This document shows, in pieces, positions 36,357 to 55,325 of a stretch of DNA of 64,000 nucleotides. The stretch is from the human T2T-CHM13v2.0 reference genome, Homo sapiens: assembly GCF_009914755.1 (NCBI RefSeq), contig NC_060938.1. The stretch is one strand, 5' to 3'. The notes beneath the pieces are model-generated. The model saw only the letters and a list, made by a program, of their open reading frames with translations. It made no database searches and was not told the DNA's origin. Position 1 is the stretch's first letter. The number at the start of each line of letters is the position of its first letter. A program made the position numbers and the translations under genes.

Positions 36357-38514
36357 ATTACAAATGACCTGCTTCCTTTGGCTGTGTAAGTTTTCTATAA
36401 TAAACCTTAACATGTTAAATTTTTAATACAAAAAAAGGAAACTATTTTAAAATAAAAGATAAAGTAATGCCAAGATACCCATGCCACATGACTAGAGTAG
36501 TGATTATAAGCATGGGCTGTGGAGCATGGACTGCCTGGGTTAAATCTCAGCTCCACCCCTTACTGGCTGTGTGACCTTAGATAAGTTACCCAGCCTTTCT
36601 GTGCCTTAGCTCCACCCCCACATCTTACAATGGAGATCTAATAGGACCTATCCTCTTGGGTTGTCTGAGGATTGAGATAACACGTGCCAAGTGCTTGGAA
36701 CTGAGCCCTGCACACAGGAAGCGCTTAGTCAAGGGCAGCCTTCTTCCACCAGTATGTCAGCACTGCAGAGCAGGTGGGGTGACATGCATCGCCAGCACTC
36801 TGAACGGCATCTGACTCACACGTGCTCAGCAGGAATGAGCTAGGTACCATTTTCAGTCAGTTCTGCTCCTGGGCCACTTCCACCTGCTCAGCTTTTCTTT
36901 TTTTTTTTTTTTTTTTTTGTTCGTTCTGGGATTGCGCCACACTTCCCAGGTGCCTGCGCACCTCTGCCCATCCTGGCCCATCTTGCTGGCCCCTCTCCCA
37001 GGTCTGCCTCTGTCCCCACTCCCTCCCAGGCTGGCCACACCCTCACACCTCTCTGGCACTCATGCTTGGCTGCTCCCTTCTCCCCATTATCCATGCAACC
37101 CCCCACCTCACTCTTCCAGCTCTCTCTGATCACCCCAGACTCTACTCTGATTCCACGACTTCCAAAGGGGCCCTCCTTACTCACCCCATGCTCAGGACAC
37201 AATGCAGAATGTCCTGCCCACATCACCTCAGATCACGCCCCCCCCCGCCCCGCCCCCGTTAAACACTTAATCCCAGCCCAAAATGGAAAAGTGAGAAATC
37301 CAATTTGGTCAAGACAAAACAAGGTTTAATTAACAAGTATAACACATAGGAAAGCACTTAGCAATGATTTATTTGTGCCTGGTGTGCCACTCTTCCCTAA
37401 ACAAGAGATTTGTGGTAAATGAATGTTGTGTTAATCCAAGGAAAATATAAACCTCTATGAAAATGTAAGTTTAAAATCTGCCTAGGTTCTGTGGAGACCG
37501 TTCTTTTGAACACTCTTTTAATGATAAGCCTCCAAAGTCAAGAAGGCAAATGGCAGCCGGCTGAGGACAGAAGCAGCCCCTTGGCAGGGAGGGCTGAGGC
37601 AGGGGTGAATCGGCACAAATCTCACCTCCACCGGCCTTAAGGCCATCATCCTCTCTTACTCGGGGACGAATATTTCAGTCTGGGCCACTTCTTTGGCCTT
37701 GTTTCCCTTTGTTCTATTTTGATAGTTAGTATTTTACTCAGGGAAATTAGCAACACTAAAAAAACAAAAAGGTTTCTGGGAGCAAAGGTAATTGGATAAC
37801 CTCTACTCAATAATGTTTAATAAATACATTTTCTTAAAAGCTGGTTGTATAAAAATCACGGTGGTTGATGAGTAATCGTGTTAACTCTCTGTGGTCTGTA
37901 TTTCACAACTAATCTTTCCAACTTGAGGTTAGAGGGGGAGAAGAAAACTGAGAGCTGAACAGCTGTGTGCGCGGGCTGCTCCTCTTTACATGGGTCAGGT
38001 CTGTGGTTAAGTATTAAAGGGAGAAGGGATCATTTTGCCATGATAACAACTTTTTAATCAAGCCAAATTTCCTATTCGGCTAACATACAAAAACGATTCG
38101 AGAAATGAGTTATTCATTCATTCCGTGAATGTAAATACAGACTGGATTTCAATGACTTAGTACAAAATCAAAGAATGTATGATATCTCATTATTATCATT
38201 TTTTTTAAACAAGGTCTCGCTCTGCTACCCAAGCTGGAGCGCAGTGGCTATGCACAGGTGCGATAATAGCTCACGGCAGCCTTAAATTCCTGGGCTCAAG
38301 CAATCCTCCCACTTCAGCCTCCAGAGTAGCTGGGACTACAAGCATGCTGGCTGGTATCTTATTATTAATTTTTTATATTGATTACATGTTGAAATGATAA
38401 TGGTTTGGAAATACTGGTTTAAAGAAGATATTAAGGCCGGGCATGGTGGCTCACGCCTGTAATCCCAGCACTTTGGGAGGCTGAGGCAGGCAGATCACCT
38501 GAGGTCAGGAGTTA

Positions 38515-38718
<204 letters not shown>

Positions 38719-39941
38719 TTATTAAAATTAATTTCACCTTCTAAATGTGGCTACTAGAACATTTACCATGGCTCTTTTACCAGACAGGGCTGCTCCAGAG
38801 CCAGTTGGCCTGGGTTTGAAAACTGGCCCCACCACTTGTGAGCTGTACCACTTTGGGCAAACTACTGACCTTGCCTATGCCTCAGTCCAATCATTCGTAA
38901 AGAGGGAGTAAGAACTGGACCAATGGCACATAACCCCACTGCAGGAGTTAAAGGACTCTGTGTAAAGCGCTCTTAGAAGAGAGCCCAATATATAGATACT
39001 GCAAGTCTAAGCATTTGTTTCTGAGACTGACAAGATTAAATGACTTTTTAAAAAAATAACAGCTGTATTGAGATAGAGTTCATGCACCATAGAAGTCAGT
39101 CTTCTAAAACAGACGATTCAGTGGTTTCTAGTATGTTCACCAAGTTGTGTACTCATCACCACTACTTCTAGAGCATTCTCATTCCTGCAAAGAGAGACCC
39201 CATGTCCATCGGCAATTACTCCCCAGTCTCTCCTTCACCCAGCCCTTGGCAACTACTAACCTACTTTCTATCTCTATAGATTTTCCAAATTTGGGCTTTC
39301 ATTTAAATGGAATCATAACATATGTGGTCTTTGTGACTAGCTCCTTAGCATGTTTGTAAGGTTCACCCATGTTGAAGCATGTGTGAGTACTTCTTCCTTT
39401 CTTACGGTCAAATAATATCTTCTTACATGAATAAATCACATTGTGTTTCTCCATTCAACCTTTGATGGACATCTGGCTTGTTTCCACCTTTTGGCTCTTA
39501 TGAACAATACTGCTATGAACAGTCATGTACATGTTCATGTGTAGACACATGTTTTCACCTCTCTTAAGGACATACTTAGGAGCGGAATTGCTGGGTCATA
39601 TGTTCAATTTGATGTTTAAATTTTGAGGAACTGCCAGACTCTTTCCCAAGGTGGTTGCACCATTTTACATCCCACAGGGAGGCTGGACTTTTCATGGACA
39701 CTCCGATGTGGCTTCTTTTCTTCTTCTCTCTACCTTCTGGTAGGCTGATGTGGGGAAATCCAGGAAAGATGGGGGAGGAGGGTGTGAAGAGAGAGCAGTA
39801 GGGCAGAGAGGCCTGGGGGTCCTGTCACCAGAGTCCTGGCCTCAGTCCTGTCTGGTCCCCACTTGCCATGTGACCTTGAGCAAGTCACCTCCACTCTCTA
39901 GGCCTCAGTTTCCTTATCTCTAAAATGAAGATGTTGAACTA

Positions 39942-40151
39942 AGTGGGTCTCAGCCTGGGTGATCTGGCTCCCTGGGGACACTGGGCGACGTCTGGAGAAT
40001 TCTGCGTTATTACAGTGGAGCAGGAGATGCTGCCATCATCTAACGGGTAGGTGTCATGGACGCTGCTAAACCTCAAATGCACAAGACGGCCCCCAACAAC
40101 CAAGAATGACCTGGTCCCCAACTATCAACAGTGCCAAGGTTCAGAAACCTT
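39942..40151 (+). mobile_element. MER20 (hAT-Charlie)
   Basis: ggggacactgggcgacgtctggaga ... caacagtgccaaggttcagaaacc. Confidence 0.75.
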
Positions 40152-40413
40152 GCATCAGATTAAGATGGCCCTATCAAAACTTCTGAGGAATGACCAAACT
40201 GTTTTCCAAAATGGCTACACCATCTTATAATCCTCCTGGCAACATATGAGGGTTCTGATTTCCCCACATCCTCGCTAACACACCTATGTTACAGCCAGCC
40301 TAACAGGTCCGTCAATGGCTTTTCAAGTCTTTTCTATTTAATATTAACAGTGTCTGGAATTGTTTTCAGAATGCCAGTGTCCTTAACAAAAAAAAGATTA
40401 GTCATTTTCTTAC

Positions 40414-40551
40414 CTGGTGCCTATAATTATACCAGCCATTTGAACCTGCCACGATCACCACCCAGTGCTTGCCTCCATCTTCAGGATCATCTATAGGAAC
40501 GGCACCAATGCCCAGGGCCACACTGAGGAATACAGCTACTTTCCAAACCAT
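40414..40551 (-). CDS. LGMN: LGMN exon 2 coding part (aa 1-46: signal peptide, N-terminal propeptide, Asn42); exon begins at 40580
   Basis: ATG at 40551; [46 protein letters not shown]; acceptor CAG|GTGTC at 40580, donor CAG|GTAAG. Confidence 0.98.
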
Positions 40552-41413
40552 TCTGCACCTTGGAGTTCAATTGCAGACACCTGAGAAGGGAAACACAGAG
40601 TCAAGTACAAAGCAACAAGAACAGATAAACATTGGCTGGGCGCGGTGGCTCACACCTGTAATTCCAGCACTTTGGGAGGCCGAGGAGGGTGGATCAAGAG
40701 GTCAGGAGTTTGAGATCAGCTTGGCCAACATGGAGAGACCTCATCTCTACTAAAAATACAAAACTTAGCTAGGCGTGGTAGCACGTACCTATAATCCCAG
40801 CTACTCGGGAGGCTGAGGAAGGAGAATCACTTGAACCCAGAAGACAGAGACTGCAGTGAGCTAGACTGTGCAACCATACTCCAGTCTGGGTGACAGAGTC
40901 AGACTCTGTCTCCAAAAAAAAAAAAAAAAAGAACAGATAAACATTGTCAGCCCCTAAGAAAATATCATAGTAAATGGGTCAAAAAGATAAGGTCATTTAA
41001 CCACCAGAGTATGTTGAAGATAACAGAGAGGGTTTCTATTTTTAGCTCTATTGCTCCAGCCTGTGCGTGGAGAAGGGGCTGTCCATACCTCCCAATCTTC
41101 ACTACAAGTCCAAGTCATGCATATAAAATAAAAGAATATCCAGAAAGGGCTCTGGGCACTTTTTAAAGTTTTTGACGTAACTCAAAATACAGCAGATAAA
41201 ATTCATCAACAAAATTCACTATTGGAAACATATCTACCACATACTATGAAGTATTTGTAAGAAAAGAATACACATGTAAAATAAACTGTGCAGGCTGGGT
41301 GCAGTGGCTCACGCCTGTAATCCTAGCACTTTGGGAGGCCGAAGCAGGTGTATTACCTGAGGTCAGGAGTTCAAGACCAGACTGGCCAACAAGGTAAAAC
41401 CCTGGCTCTGCTA

Positions 41414-41596
<183 letters not shown>

Positions 41597-42945
41597 CTAC
41601 ATAAGAAAAAATAAATTTTAAAAATAAATAAAATAAACTACACAGAAAAATATGGAAGACAGACAAAATGTTAACAGTAGTTATTGGTAGGTGGTTGGCA
41701 GGATCAAGGGTGATTTTCTTCCTCATTTTTGTCTCCTTTTAATACAGTTAATGTGTATTACTTAATAAAGTTTCTAAAAATTCAGTATAGGTTTAATAAA
41801 AACATTGATGGGCAATTTAAGTTTATAAGGTGAACTATCTGGATGAGCTATAGTCAAACATTAATTCATGTTGTCTTTGCATCACACTTACAGAGCATGG
41901 ACATACCATCTGTACAACATGCAGGGCAAACATTTTCATCCTTGTTTTACAGAAAGGAGAGGTTAGGGTCTGAGAGCAATGACCTGCCTAATAGCCATGG
42001 ACTGTCAGCGTTGGCCAGAGCTGGGACCATGCCTTCTGAACGGCTGGTCCGGCACTCTTTCTGCTATATGGCTCTCCATCGCAAGACTTTATTATTACTG
42101 AGGCCGGGCGTGGTGGCTCACGCCTGCAATCCCAGCACTTAGGAAAGCGGAGGCGGATGGACCACATGAGGTCAGGAGTCCAAGATCACCCTGTCCAACA
42201 TGGCAAAACCCTGGCCAACATGGCAAAACCCTGTCTCTACTAAAAATACAAAAATTAGCCAGGCGTGGTGGCAGGAGCCTGTAATCCCAGCTACTCAGGA
42301 GGCTGAAGCAGGAGAATCACTTGAATCCGGGAGGTGAAGGATACAGTGAGCCTGCATCATAGCACTACACTCCAGTCTGGGCAACAGAGCAAGACTCCGT
42401 CTCAAAAAAGAAAAAAAAAAAAACTTTATTATTATGGAAGTACATGCTCTCTTTTATACTTCAATTCCAAACCCTTAAATACATTGTTAAAGTATAAACG
42501 GAAAACAGCACCAAGCCTGTGCCTCCGCGATAAGAAGAAAAATATACAGTCACTGAGATGTGGGGACTCAGGGCGGCAGATGTGTGAGGCTGACTTCTGT
42601 CCCAATGCCACAAGCAGGGCTGGTGGTGCTCATTCATTCCTTGACTCGCCACTCAGCCAGAGTCTCTGCAACACCTACTTTGCCAGACAAGGTGCTGGGT
42701 GCTGGGAACTCAACAGGGACAGAACAAAGCCTGTGTCTTCATGGAGGACGCACCCAGATGAAGGCTGATCCACCTCTAAGCTGAAGAAACCATCTTCAAT
42801 GTTCTGAGTCTAGCCCTCAAAGCGATGGATTTCCTCCAGTAACTAAATAGGAAGTGCTGAGTCTCTTGAAAAGTGTCTTAGACAAGTAATTCTCCCACTT
42901 GAATATGCACCTAGGTCACCTGGGGATCTAGGAGGCAGATTCTGA

Positions 42946-43099
<154 letters not shown>

Positions 43100-43726
43100 T
43101 AGCTGAGATTACAGGTGCCCACCACCATGCCCAGCTAATTTTTGTATTTTTAGTGGAGACAGGGTTTCGCCATGTTGCCCAGGCTGGTCTCAAACGCCTG
43201 ACTTTAGGTGATCTGCCCATCTCGGCCTCCCAAAGTGGTGGGATTACAGGTGTGAGTCACCGCACCTGGCCATGAGACTGCATTTCTAACAAGTGTCAGG
43301 TGACACTATGCTGCTAGCCTCAGATTACCTTTGATGTGGCAGAACTGCATTAAATCCCCCAGCCTCTGGTCCACTTGTCCTCAACCCAGCATCCTGGTCA
43401 ACAGACTACACTGCTCCATCCTCAAGCACTGCCTCCTAACAAGAACTCAATTCTTAATCCGAAAGCCTGAAATCGTGCTAAATGTAGGTTTCTTTAGCTC
43501 CACTGCAAGGTCAATGGACGGGCAACTGGTAACTACAGTAAGATGCTCCCAGATTTGTTTTTTTCAGGTTTTTTTTTTTCTTGGAGTAGCGGCTAGTATG
43601 GCACATAACAGATAGGTCAGTGGAGTGCTGGGGACCCCCAGTGCTAGAACCACGGGTCTGTTCATGTGCACCTGAGGAGGCTCCCCACAAGTCCACTCGA
43701 CCTGACAAGGGCTCGCTGTGGGGCTG

Positions 43727-44601
43727 TGTTTCCAGAAAGGGGTCCTGATCCAGACCTCAACAGAGGGTTCTTGGACCTCATGCAAGAAAGAATTTGGGGC
43801 AAGTCCACAGAATAATGTGCAAGCAAGCTTATTCAGCAAGTGAAACAGTGAAAGAACACATTACTCTACAGACAGAACAGGGTGTTCCCAAAAGCAAGAG
43901 GAGGACCATGTCTACCTTAGGTGCAATGCTTGTTTAGACATAAGACAACAAAGCAAAACAAAGTCACAGGGAGATGTGCCTGCTACAAGGCAAGATTAAC
44001 GGACAGAGGACCGTTAATCTTTGTAGAACTGCTGTCTTTCACAAGAATCTATGTTATTATCTTTAAGGTGAAACTTATGGCCAGGTGCGGTGGCTCACAC
44101 CTGTAATCCCAGTACTTTGGGAGGCTGAGGCAGGCGGATCACTTGAGGTCTGGACTTCAAGACCGGCCTGGGCAACAAGGTGAAACCCTGTCTCTACTAA
44201 AAATACAAAATTTAGCTGGGCGTGGTGGCGCACACCTGTAATCCCAGCTACTCAGGAGGCTGAGGCACGAGAATCACTTGAACCCGGGAGGCAGAAGCTG
44301 CAGTTAGCCAAGATTGTGCCACTGCACTCCAGCGTGGGTGACAGAGCGAGACCCTGTCTTAAATAAATAAATAAAATAAAGTGAACTTATTATTAAACTA
44401 AAAATGCTTTTGTTCTTAAGATATAGGGACATCAGGACCTTTCCTGGGTCTGTTTGGTAAACATTAACCTGTTCCCTTAACCATAAACATCCTGTGACTA
44501 GGAATACCTAACCTCCTGGGACTGCAGCCCAGCAGGTCTCAGCCAAATTTTACCCAGCCCTTGTTCATCATGGAGTCACTCTGGTTCAAGCACCCCTGGC
44601 A
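43727..44601 (-). mobile_element. MER41-family (C/D/E-like) solo LTR interrupted by an Alu (44079-44380)
   Basis: Minus strand begins tgccaggggtgcttgaaccagagtgactccat and ends ggtctggatcaggacccctttctggaaaca; near-TSD gctg/gctc. Confidence 0.78.
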
Positions 44602-44942
44602 GCTCGAAGGTAAGGAACCAATACAAGATGCAATTATACAAACTTGTGAAGAAGCAACAGTGAGGACAGGCGAGAGAGAGTCAAGGAGCAAAAATATCCA
44701 TGTCCCCCAAGCTCTTCAGTGACCCCACAAGAGAGGTGTGACAGTCACTACCAAGGTGTTCCAACCAACGGCTCTCACCTACTCGGAGCTCACCCAGCAG
44801 CCTCCCTGGAAAGCCTTCCCCTAGGGTAGGGGTAGGCTAACTTTCTCTGCAAAGGACCAGAAAGTAAATATTTTTGGCTTTGCAGGCCAGGCCATCTCTC
44901 TCACAACTATTCAACTCTGCCACTGTATCTTGAAAGCAGCCA

Positions 44943-45529
44943 GTCACCAAGTACTTGCATTTTTCTAAGAGATGGTTGAATTATTTTTGTCTCTCCTTTT
45001 ATCATTCCTCTGGTTCCCCGCTTCCTGCTTAGCCCTTGAGAAACACAAATATAGCCTTTTACCCGCCCCTCCTTCACCAGACACTCCCTACAGGGCAAGT
45101 TCACCTAACTCCTCAAGAGTTAAGAGTTGATTTACAGACCAAAGCATGCCCAATACAGAACTCTCACCTGCCAGGAGGTTGCCTTGAGAGATACTAGTCA
45201 AAAAGCATGCCTGCTACTCCCTCCCACCTGGGGAGTTTTTGGCCTAGTCCTGCCCACAAAGATGCCAGCAGTCACCAGCTCAACCGACAGACAGCACAGT
45301 AGATAAGACACCAAGCTAACACGTGGACACCCCACCTTGCTTGCTTCCTCCCCTGCCTTTTAAAAGTGCCCACTTTCTGCTCCAAAAGCAAAGCAGTACA
45401 TCTAAAGGTGGGATGCCTGTGTTTCTTCCCCTAAGCAACTTGGAAATAAATCACTTTCTTTGTACCAGATCTTGCTCTTGTTAATTGGACTCTGGAAGTG
45501 ATGAATTACTAACCCATGAGCCAGTTACA
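44943..45529 (+). mobile_element. MER50-like ERV1 solo LTR nested in a MER58A fossil (~44825-45632)
   Basis: gcca on both flanks; ends ttggactctgg...ccagttaca; the MER58 halves join across it. Confidence 0.72.
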
Positions 45530-46005
45530 GCCAGAGACAATATATAAACAAAAGAATAGGTTATGTTCCAATAAAACTTTATCTATAAAATAGGTGGTTT
45601 GTTTGGCCCATAGGTCATAGGTTGCTGACCCTGTCTGAGGGAGTGAGAAGATGCCCCCAGACCACATGGCAGGCACAGCCTGGCTGTTACTGTCATCTTT
45701 TATCAGCAATAAATGGGTTCCCTAGTTTGCACACCTGTTTATTCTGAGTTTCGTTCATATGACATAGTCTCAAAGAGCGTCATTCCTCTGGGGGCAATGG
45801 TGTGTGACTTTTACCCCCTCATATTTAGGAGAAAAATGAATAAATAAAATACCAGAAACAAACGGTTGACCTGACTGTGAACAACAGAACGGACACCACC
45901 TACTTATCCACCTAAATTAGCAAACACACAGCAGGCACCAAAAAAGCACCACTTGGTTATTTTTACAAAATCGAGTTAATCCTTCATTCTTCTAATCCTC
46001 TGTGA

Positions 46006-46206
<201 letters not shown>

Positions 46207-46443
46207 TAATTTTTTTGTATTTTTAGTAGAGATGGGGTTTCACCGTGTTAGCCAGGATGGTCTCGATCTCCTGACCTCATGATCTGCCTGTCTCAGCCTC
46301 CCAAAGTGCTGGGATTACAGGCGTGAGCCACCGCGCCCAGCCAAAAAAAATGACATTTTCATAGTCTCTACTTGGTGATGGTCCTGCTCCATCGTTCTTT
46401 TTTCTTATAAACACAGAGTCGTGATTCCCTGACTACAACGCTA

Positions 46444-46917
<474 letters not shown>

Positions 46918-47852
46918 TCAAAGTAGCTACCTTACATGCTAATTTCCTATGGGCATTTATTGTATGATTTTTGACAAAGTCAAGGTATCAAAACAAAGTC
47001 ACCAATAATCTGGCAGCATCCCTATGATTCCTGGTTTATCAAAGTGAAAAACTGACAAAAAAGTGAACGACGCCGGCTAAACTACTCATTCTTTGTGACT
47101 CTGCTGTTTTTGGCTGTGGCTCTCCAGGGTCCCCATTACACAGGCCTCATCTCACAGAGGCATCATCATCATCTACCTCCTCTCCTTTAACTTCCTCTCC
47201 TCCTATCTACTCTCTCCTACATTCACCCCCACCCCGAATCCATCCAACAAACACGGACTGAGCACCTGCTAGCTGCTCACAGGCACTGAACAGTGAACCA
47301 AACAGACAAAACTCTTCGTGGAGGTGGCATTCCAGAGAGAAGAGACAGACCATTTAAAAACATAGGTTGTCAGATAGTGATGACAGTGATGGACAAAAAT
47401 AAGGCAGGAGAGGGAGGGAGTCCCACTAGGAGTGGGAGGTGTCATTTGTAAAAGGGGAAGAAACTATGGAGGTGAGGGCACCAGACCATATATTAGGGCA
47501 AACCACTGGAAGCAACATAAATGTCTAGCTGGATCAATTACAGTACAGCCTTATGGTGGGATACTGTGAAGGCTTTAAAAAGAACCTAAGGCAGATCGTA
47601 ACGTGCCAAGACTGGAAAGATCTCCCCCAGGGGCGCTGTTGGGACACATGCATCGTCTGCTAACCACGTGCAGGGAGAAGACAACACAGACAGTCGTTGC
47701 CCCAGCCAGGGGAGATCAGAGAGAAAGACTCCCAGCTGGGCACGGTGGCTCACGCCTGTAATCCCAGCACTTTGGAAGGCCGAGTTCGGAGGATCACCTG
47801 AGGTCGGGAGTTCAAGACCAGCCTGACCAAGGAGAAACCCCCGTCTCTACTA

Positions 47853-48091
<239 letters not shown>

Positions 48092-48650
48092 TTATCTACT
48101 ATGGACCACACAACGTGCAAGACACTTTATTCACACCATCCTCACAACAGTTCTCTGTAAGCAAGGATCCCCACTCCCTTCAGACAGGTGAGAAAACTGA
48201 GGCTCAGAAAGGTAGAGAAACTTGGTGGTCAGTGGCACTGCTGGGACCACGCAGATCTGACGGCAAAGACTGTGTTTGTTCCACTACATCACCTGCTTGT
48301 CACACAAAGAAAGAGTTGCTTATGTGAAAGTCTGGGAGGCCCCGGAACCACAGGCACTGCACCCTGCACCCCAGGGCCCGAGCACAGAGCAGGCCCTCAC
48401 AGTTTCCTCCGGCAGTAGGACACCCACGGTGCTCTTTCGTGCCCTACTATTTTAAGGCACTGGTGGGCTTGCTGCATAAACAGCTCTTGTCTTAGAAGAG
48501 CCTATCAATGGAGTATCTGAGCTACACAAAGTCAAAGTCAATGAACAAGCCTTTACAGACTTCACCAGCCTCCAATGACAAGTCCTCTGCTGTTCCCACT
48601 CGGACTTCATCCCTGCTCAGGTTACAGGGCTATACCAGGTCAGTAATTCA

Positions 48651-49000
<350 letters not shown>

Positions 49001-49374
49001 TCAAGTCAGGTTTAATCCATTTGAGAAGTTTGGGATGCAGTGCCCATTCCAGATAAATTATCACCAACAATGCAAGTAATAAGGTCAAGTTCACAGGGCC
49101 ATCTAAGTAGCAGAGTCAAGTTCACATCCAGGTCTGATACCAAAGCCTACACCTTAACCACCATCAGGAGTGACCCCTCAGTGCCAGCTACTGGCTCTGG
49201 GTTAGACACAGAAGACCATCAAAGCCAAGCAAAGCAGCTAGTTAGACAATGAAATCTGTAAAGAGCCTTCCAAACCTAAAGGTTTTGATCCTACTCTCTG
49301 CTTTCTAGGGGTTTAAAATAAAATCATCCTGAAGGCCAGGCACGGGGGCTCACACCTGTAATCTTAGCACTTCA

Positions 49375-50832
<1,458 letters not shown>

Positions 50833-51047
50833 AAAGATATAGCTACTAACTCAGGGGAGACCCTTCCTCTCTCTGGGCCTTCACAGTCCATCTGTGAAAT
50901 GAGATGGTAGAGCTTATTAAAGGGTCATTCAGTCCTTTAAATCCTTTGATTTTCTGGCTAAAGAATGGGATTAAAACAAAATCCAGGGCCGGGCAGTGGC
51001 TCACGCCTGTAATCCCAGCACTTTGGGAGGCCAAGGCGGGTGGATCA

Positions 51048-51610
<563 letters not shown>

Positions 51611-51701
51611 CTAGATCTTAACTCAGATGAAAAATCTAGGCCAGGAGCAGTGGCTCATGCCTGTAATCCCAGCACTTGGAAAGGTTGAGGTGGGCGGATT
51701 A

Positions 51702-51966
<265 letters not shown>

Positions 51967-52279
51967 TTATTGTTGTTTTTTCCTACAGAGAAAATATGAT
52001 TCATTGGCAAACTAGCTTCTAGATTAGAGCATACTCTTCACGGTTATCTAATTCTAATTTATAGGAGTTATTTTATAATTCTGCATACTATGGGTAACAG
52101 CAATGCAAATAATTCTAGTCTAGACAGGCAAATGCATGTTACCAAATGTAGGTTCATTTGACTTCCTTCCCCCTCTGTAGAGAGGCCAGTTTTGTCTTTC
52201 ATTTGCAAATTCAATTCAGTATTTCTAATCTACAAATTGGCTGTACTTTGCAGTCTCCAATACCTCATTAATGAGTTAA

Positions 52280-52565
<286 letters not shown>

Positions 52566-53518
52566 TGAGGCTGGTCTTGAACTCCTGACCTCAGGTGATC
52601 CGCCCGGCTCAGCCTCCCAAAGTGCTGGCATTACAGGTGTGAGCCACCGCGCCTGGCCTATCTTTTAGTATTATGGAAAGTATAAGCAAGTAACACGTAT
52701 TTCAAAAGAAGCAGTCAAAAAATGTTTTTAATCTATTAATGGTTAGAACTTAGGTTTCTAGGAAAGGAAATTTGGGTCAACGGTGGGCACAGTGTCTCCT
52801 GCCTGTAATCCCAGTACTCTGGGAGGCCGAAGCCAGAGGGTCACTTGGGCCCAGGAGTTTGAGACTGGCCTGGGCAAGATAGTGAGACCCAGTCTCTACA
52901 AAAAACAAAAAAATTTAAAAATCCAAAAATGTCGCTCAATGCTTAATAACTTCTCCACATTTTAATTTTTAATGCTTATTTGGCATTTGAGTTTTCTTTC
53001 ACCCAACTTACTATTTTTGAAACCTGGGACCAGTGCAGTTTGCAGCCTTTTCCCAAAATGACTGAGCCTAACTTTTTATAGCTACATGTTAACTCAAGTT
53101 AAATTTTTACTTTAACTTTTACTTCAAGAAATTGAAGGGTGGACATTAACCTATAGAAATGTACAAAGAATAACATAAAACACCACTTACCTATCATCCA
53201 GACCATTCTCTGTTATTTTATAAACCCACTCATCTTTTTTCCACATTACAGACGAAATTGTTCCTTCTGTCCCATCCCATCCTCCCCACACTGCAAAGTT
53301 ATCACTATCCTAAATTAGCATTTCTTTCCAATCGATTTATTATAAAAAGATACATACCCACTCTACAAGCATTCCCCTAGTAATGGACATTTAGGCTGTT
53401 TCCAATTTTTTAAACCATTATAAACAGTGTTGCCACAAACAACCCTAATATCCTGCCCCTTGTATACAAATGTCTCTGGCTTCTTAGTATTTTCTAGAAG
53501 TGGAACCACTGATCTTAA

Positions 53519-53766
<248 letters not shown>

Positions 53767-54613
53767 TAGTAGATACGGGGTTTCACCATGTTGGCCAGGA
53801 TGGTCTTGATCTCCTGACGTCATGATCCGCCCGCCTCGGCCTCCCAAAGTGCTGCGATTACAGGCACGAGCCACCGCGCCCAGCGAGAATCTCATTTTCT
53901 TCAAACGCTTATCATCTCTTGATAGTGTCAAACTTTGCAATTCCTAATCTGATGAACATACAATGATCTAATTATAGTTTCAATGTGCATTTCCTGGATT
54001 ACAAGAAAATTTGAGTCTTATCATATGATTATTTAACCATTCAGATTTCGATACCCTCAGTACATGTGACAACTTCCCCCTGATAAACTGGGATTCCAAT
54101 TATGGTCTGCAAAGCAACTTGTGCAGTTAAAAAAAAAGAATATGCTGGACATTTCTTCAAAAGATAGTCATCGGCTGGAAACCTCAAGAGACAGAGTTTA
54201 CTTCTACATATTTCTTACTGATTAATGCTGTGGTATGGTGTATTCTACCTCCTTAGAGCTATCAAATCTTTTCTCCTCCCGTCCCACTGCAACTGTCTTT
54301 AAAACCCTTGTAATTCTCCTGGGGATTACTGCAATGACCTCCGTATCCTTAGTGTGGCCTTTCTCCAACACTTTTCCACACTACAGAGTATCTGAGATAC
54401 AGATCTACAGTAAATGTGGCTTCCTGGACATTCAGGATAAACTCCAAATCTCTCACAGCAGCACAGGAAGCCCTGGAAGATGTACCCCTCTATTCTCACA
54501 CTCATAAAATCCCACCACCAGCCGGGCGCGGTGGCTCACGCCTGTAATCTCAGCACTTTGGGAGGCCGAGGGGGGTGGATCATGAGGTCAGCAGATCGAG
54601 ACCATCCTGGCTA

Positions 54614-54844
<231 letters not shown>

Positions 54845-55109
54845 TTACTGCACCAGACTCCACGACTCCAGTGCAAAAAGCATTGCTCTTTCTCTGCCTT
54901 CATCATGCTGTTTTCCAGATGAAACACTTTTCTCTTCCTTCATCTCACTAGGTTCTGCCCAGCCCTCAAACTCCAAGGCGAGACGTGGTGACTCATGCCT
55001 GTAATCCCAGCACTTTGGGAGGCTGAGGCGGGCGGATCACTTGTCAGGAGTTCGAGACCAGTCTGGCCAACATGGTGAAACCTCGTCTCTACTAAAAACA
55101 CAAAAATTA

Positions 55110-55325
<216 letters not shown>

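Noticed and set aside
42189-42233. 20-bp internal duplication in an Alu (similar events at ~30089-30128 and 18049-18092)
   Set aside because: Ordinary slippage duplications with no functional hint
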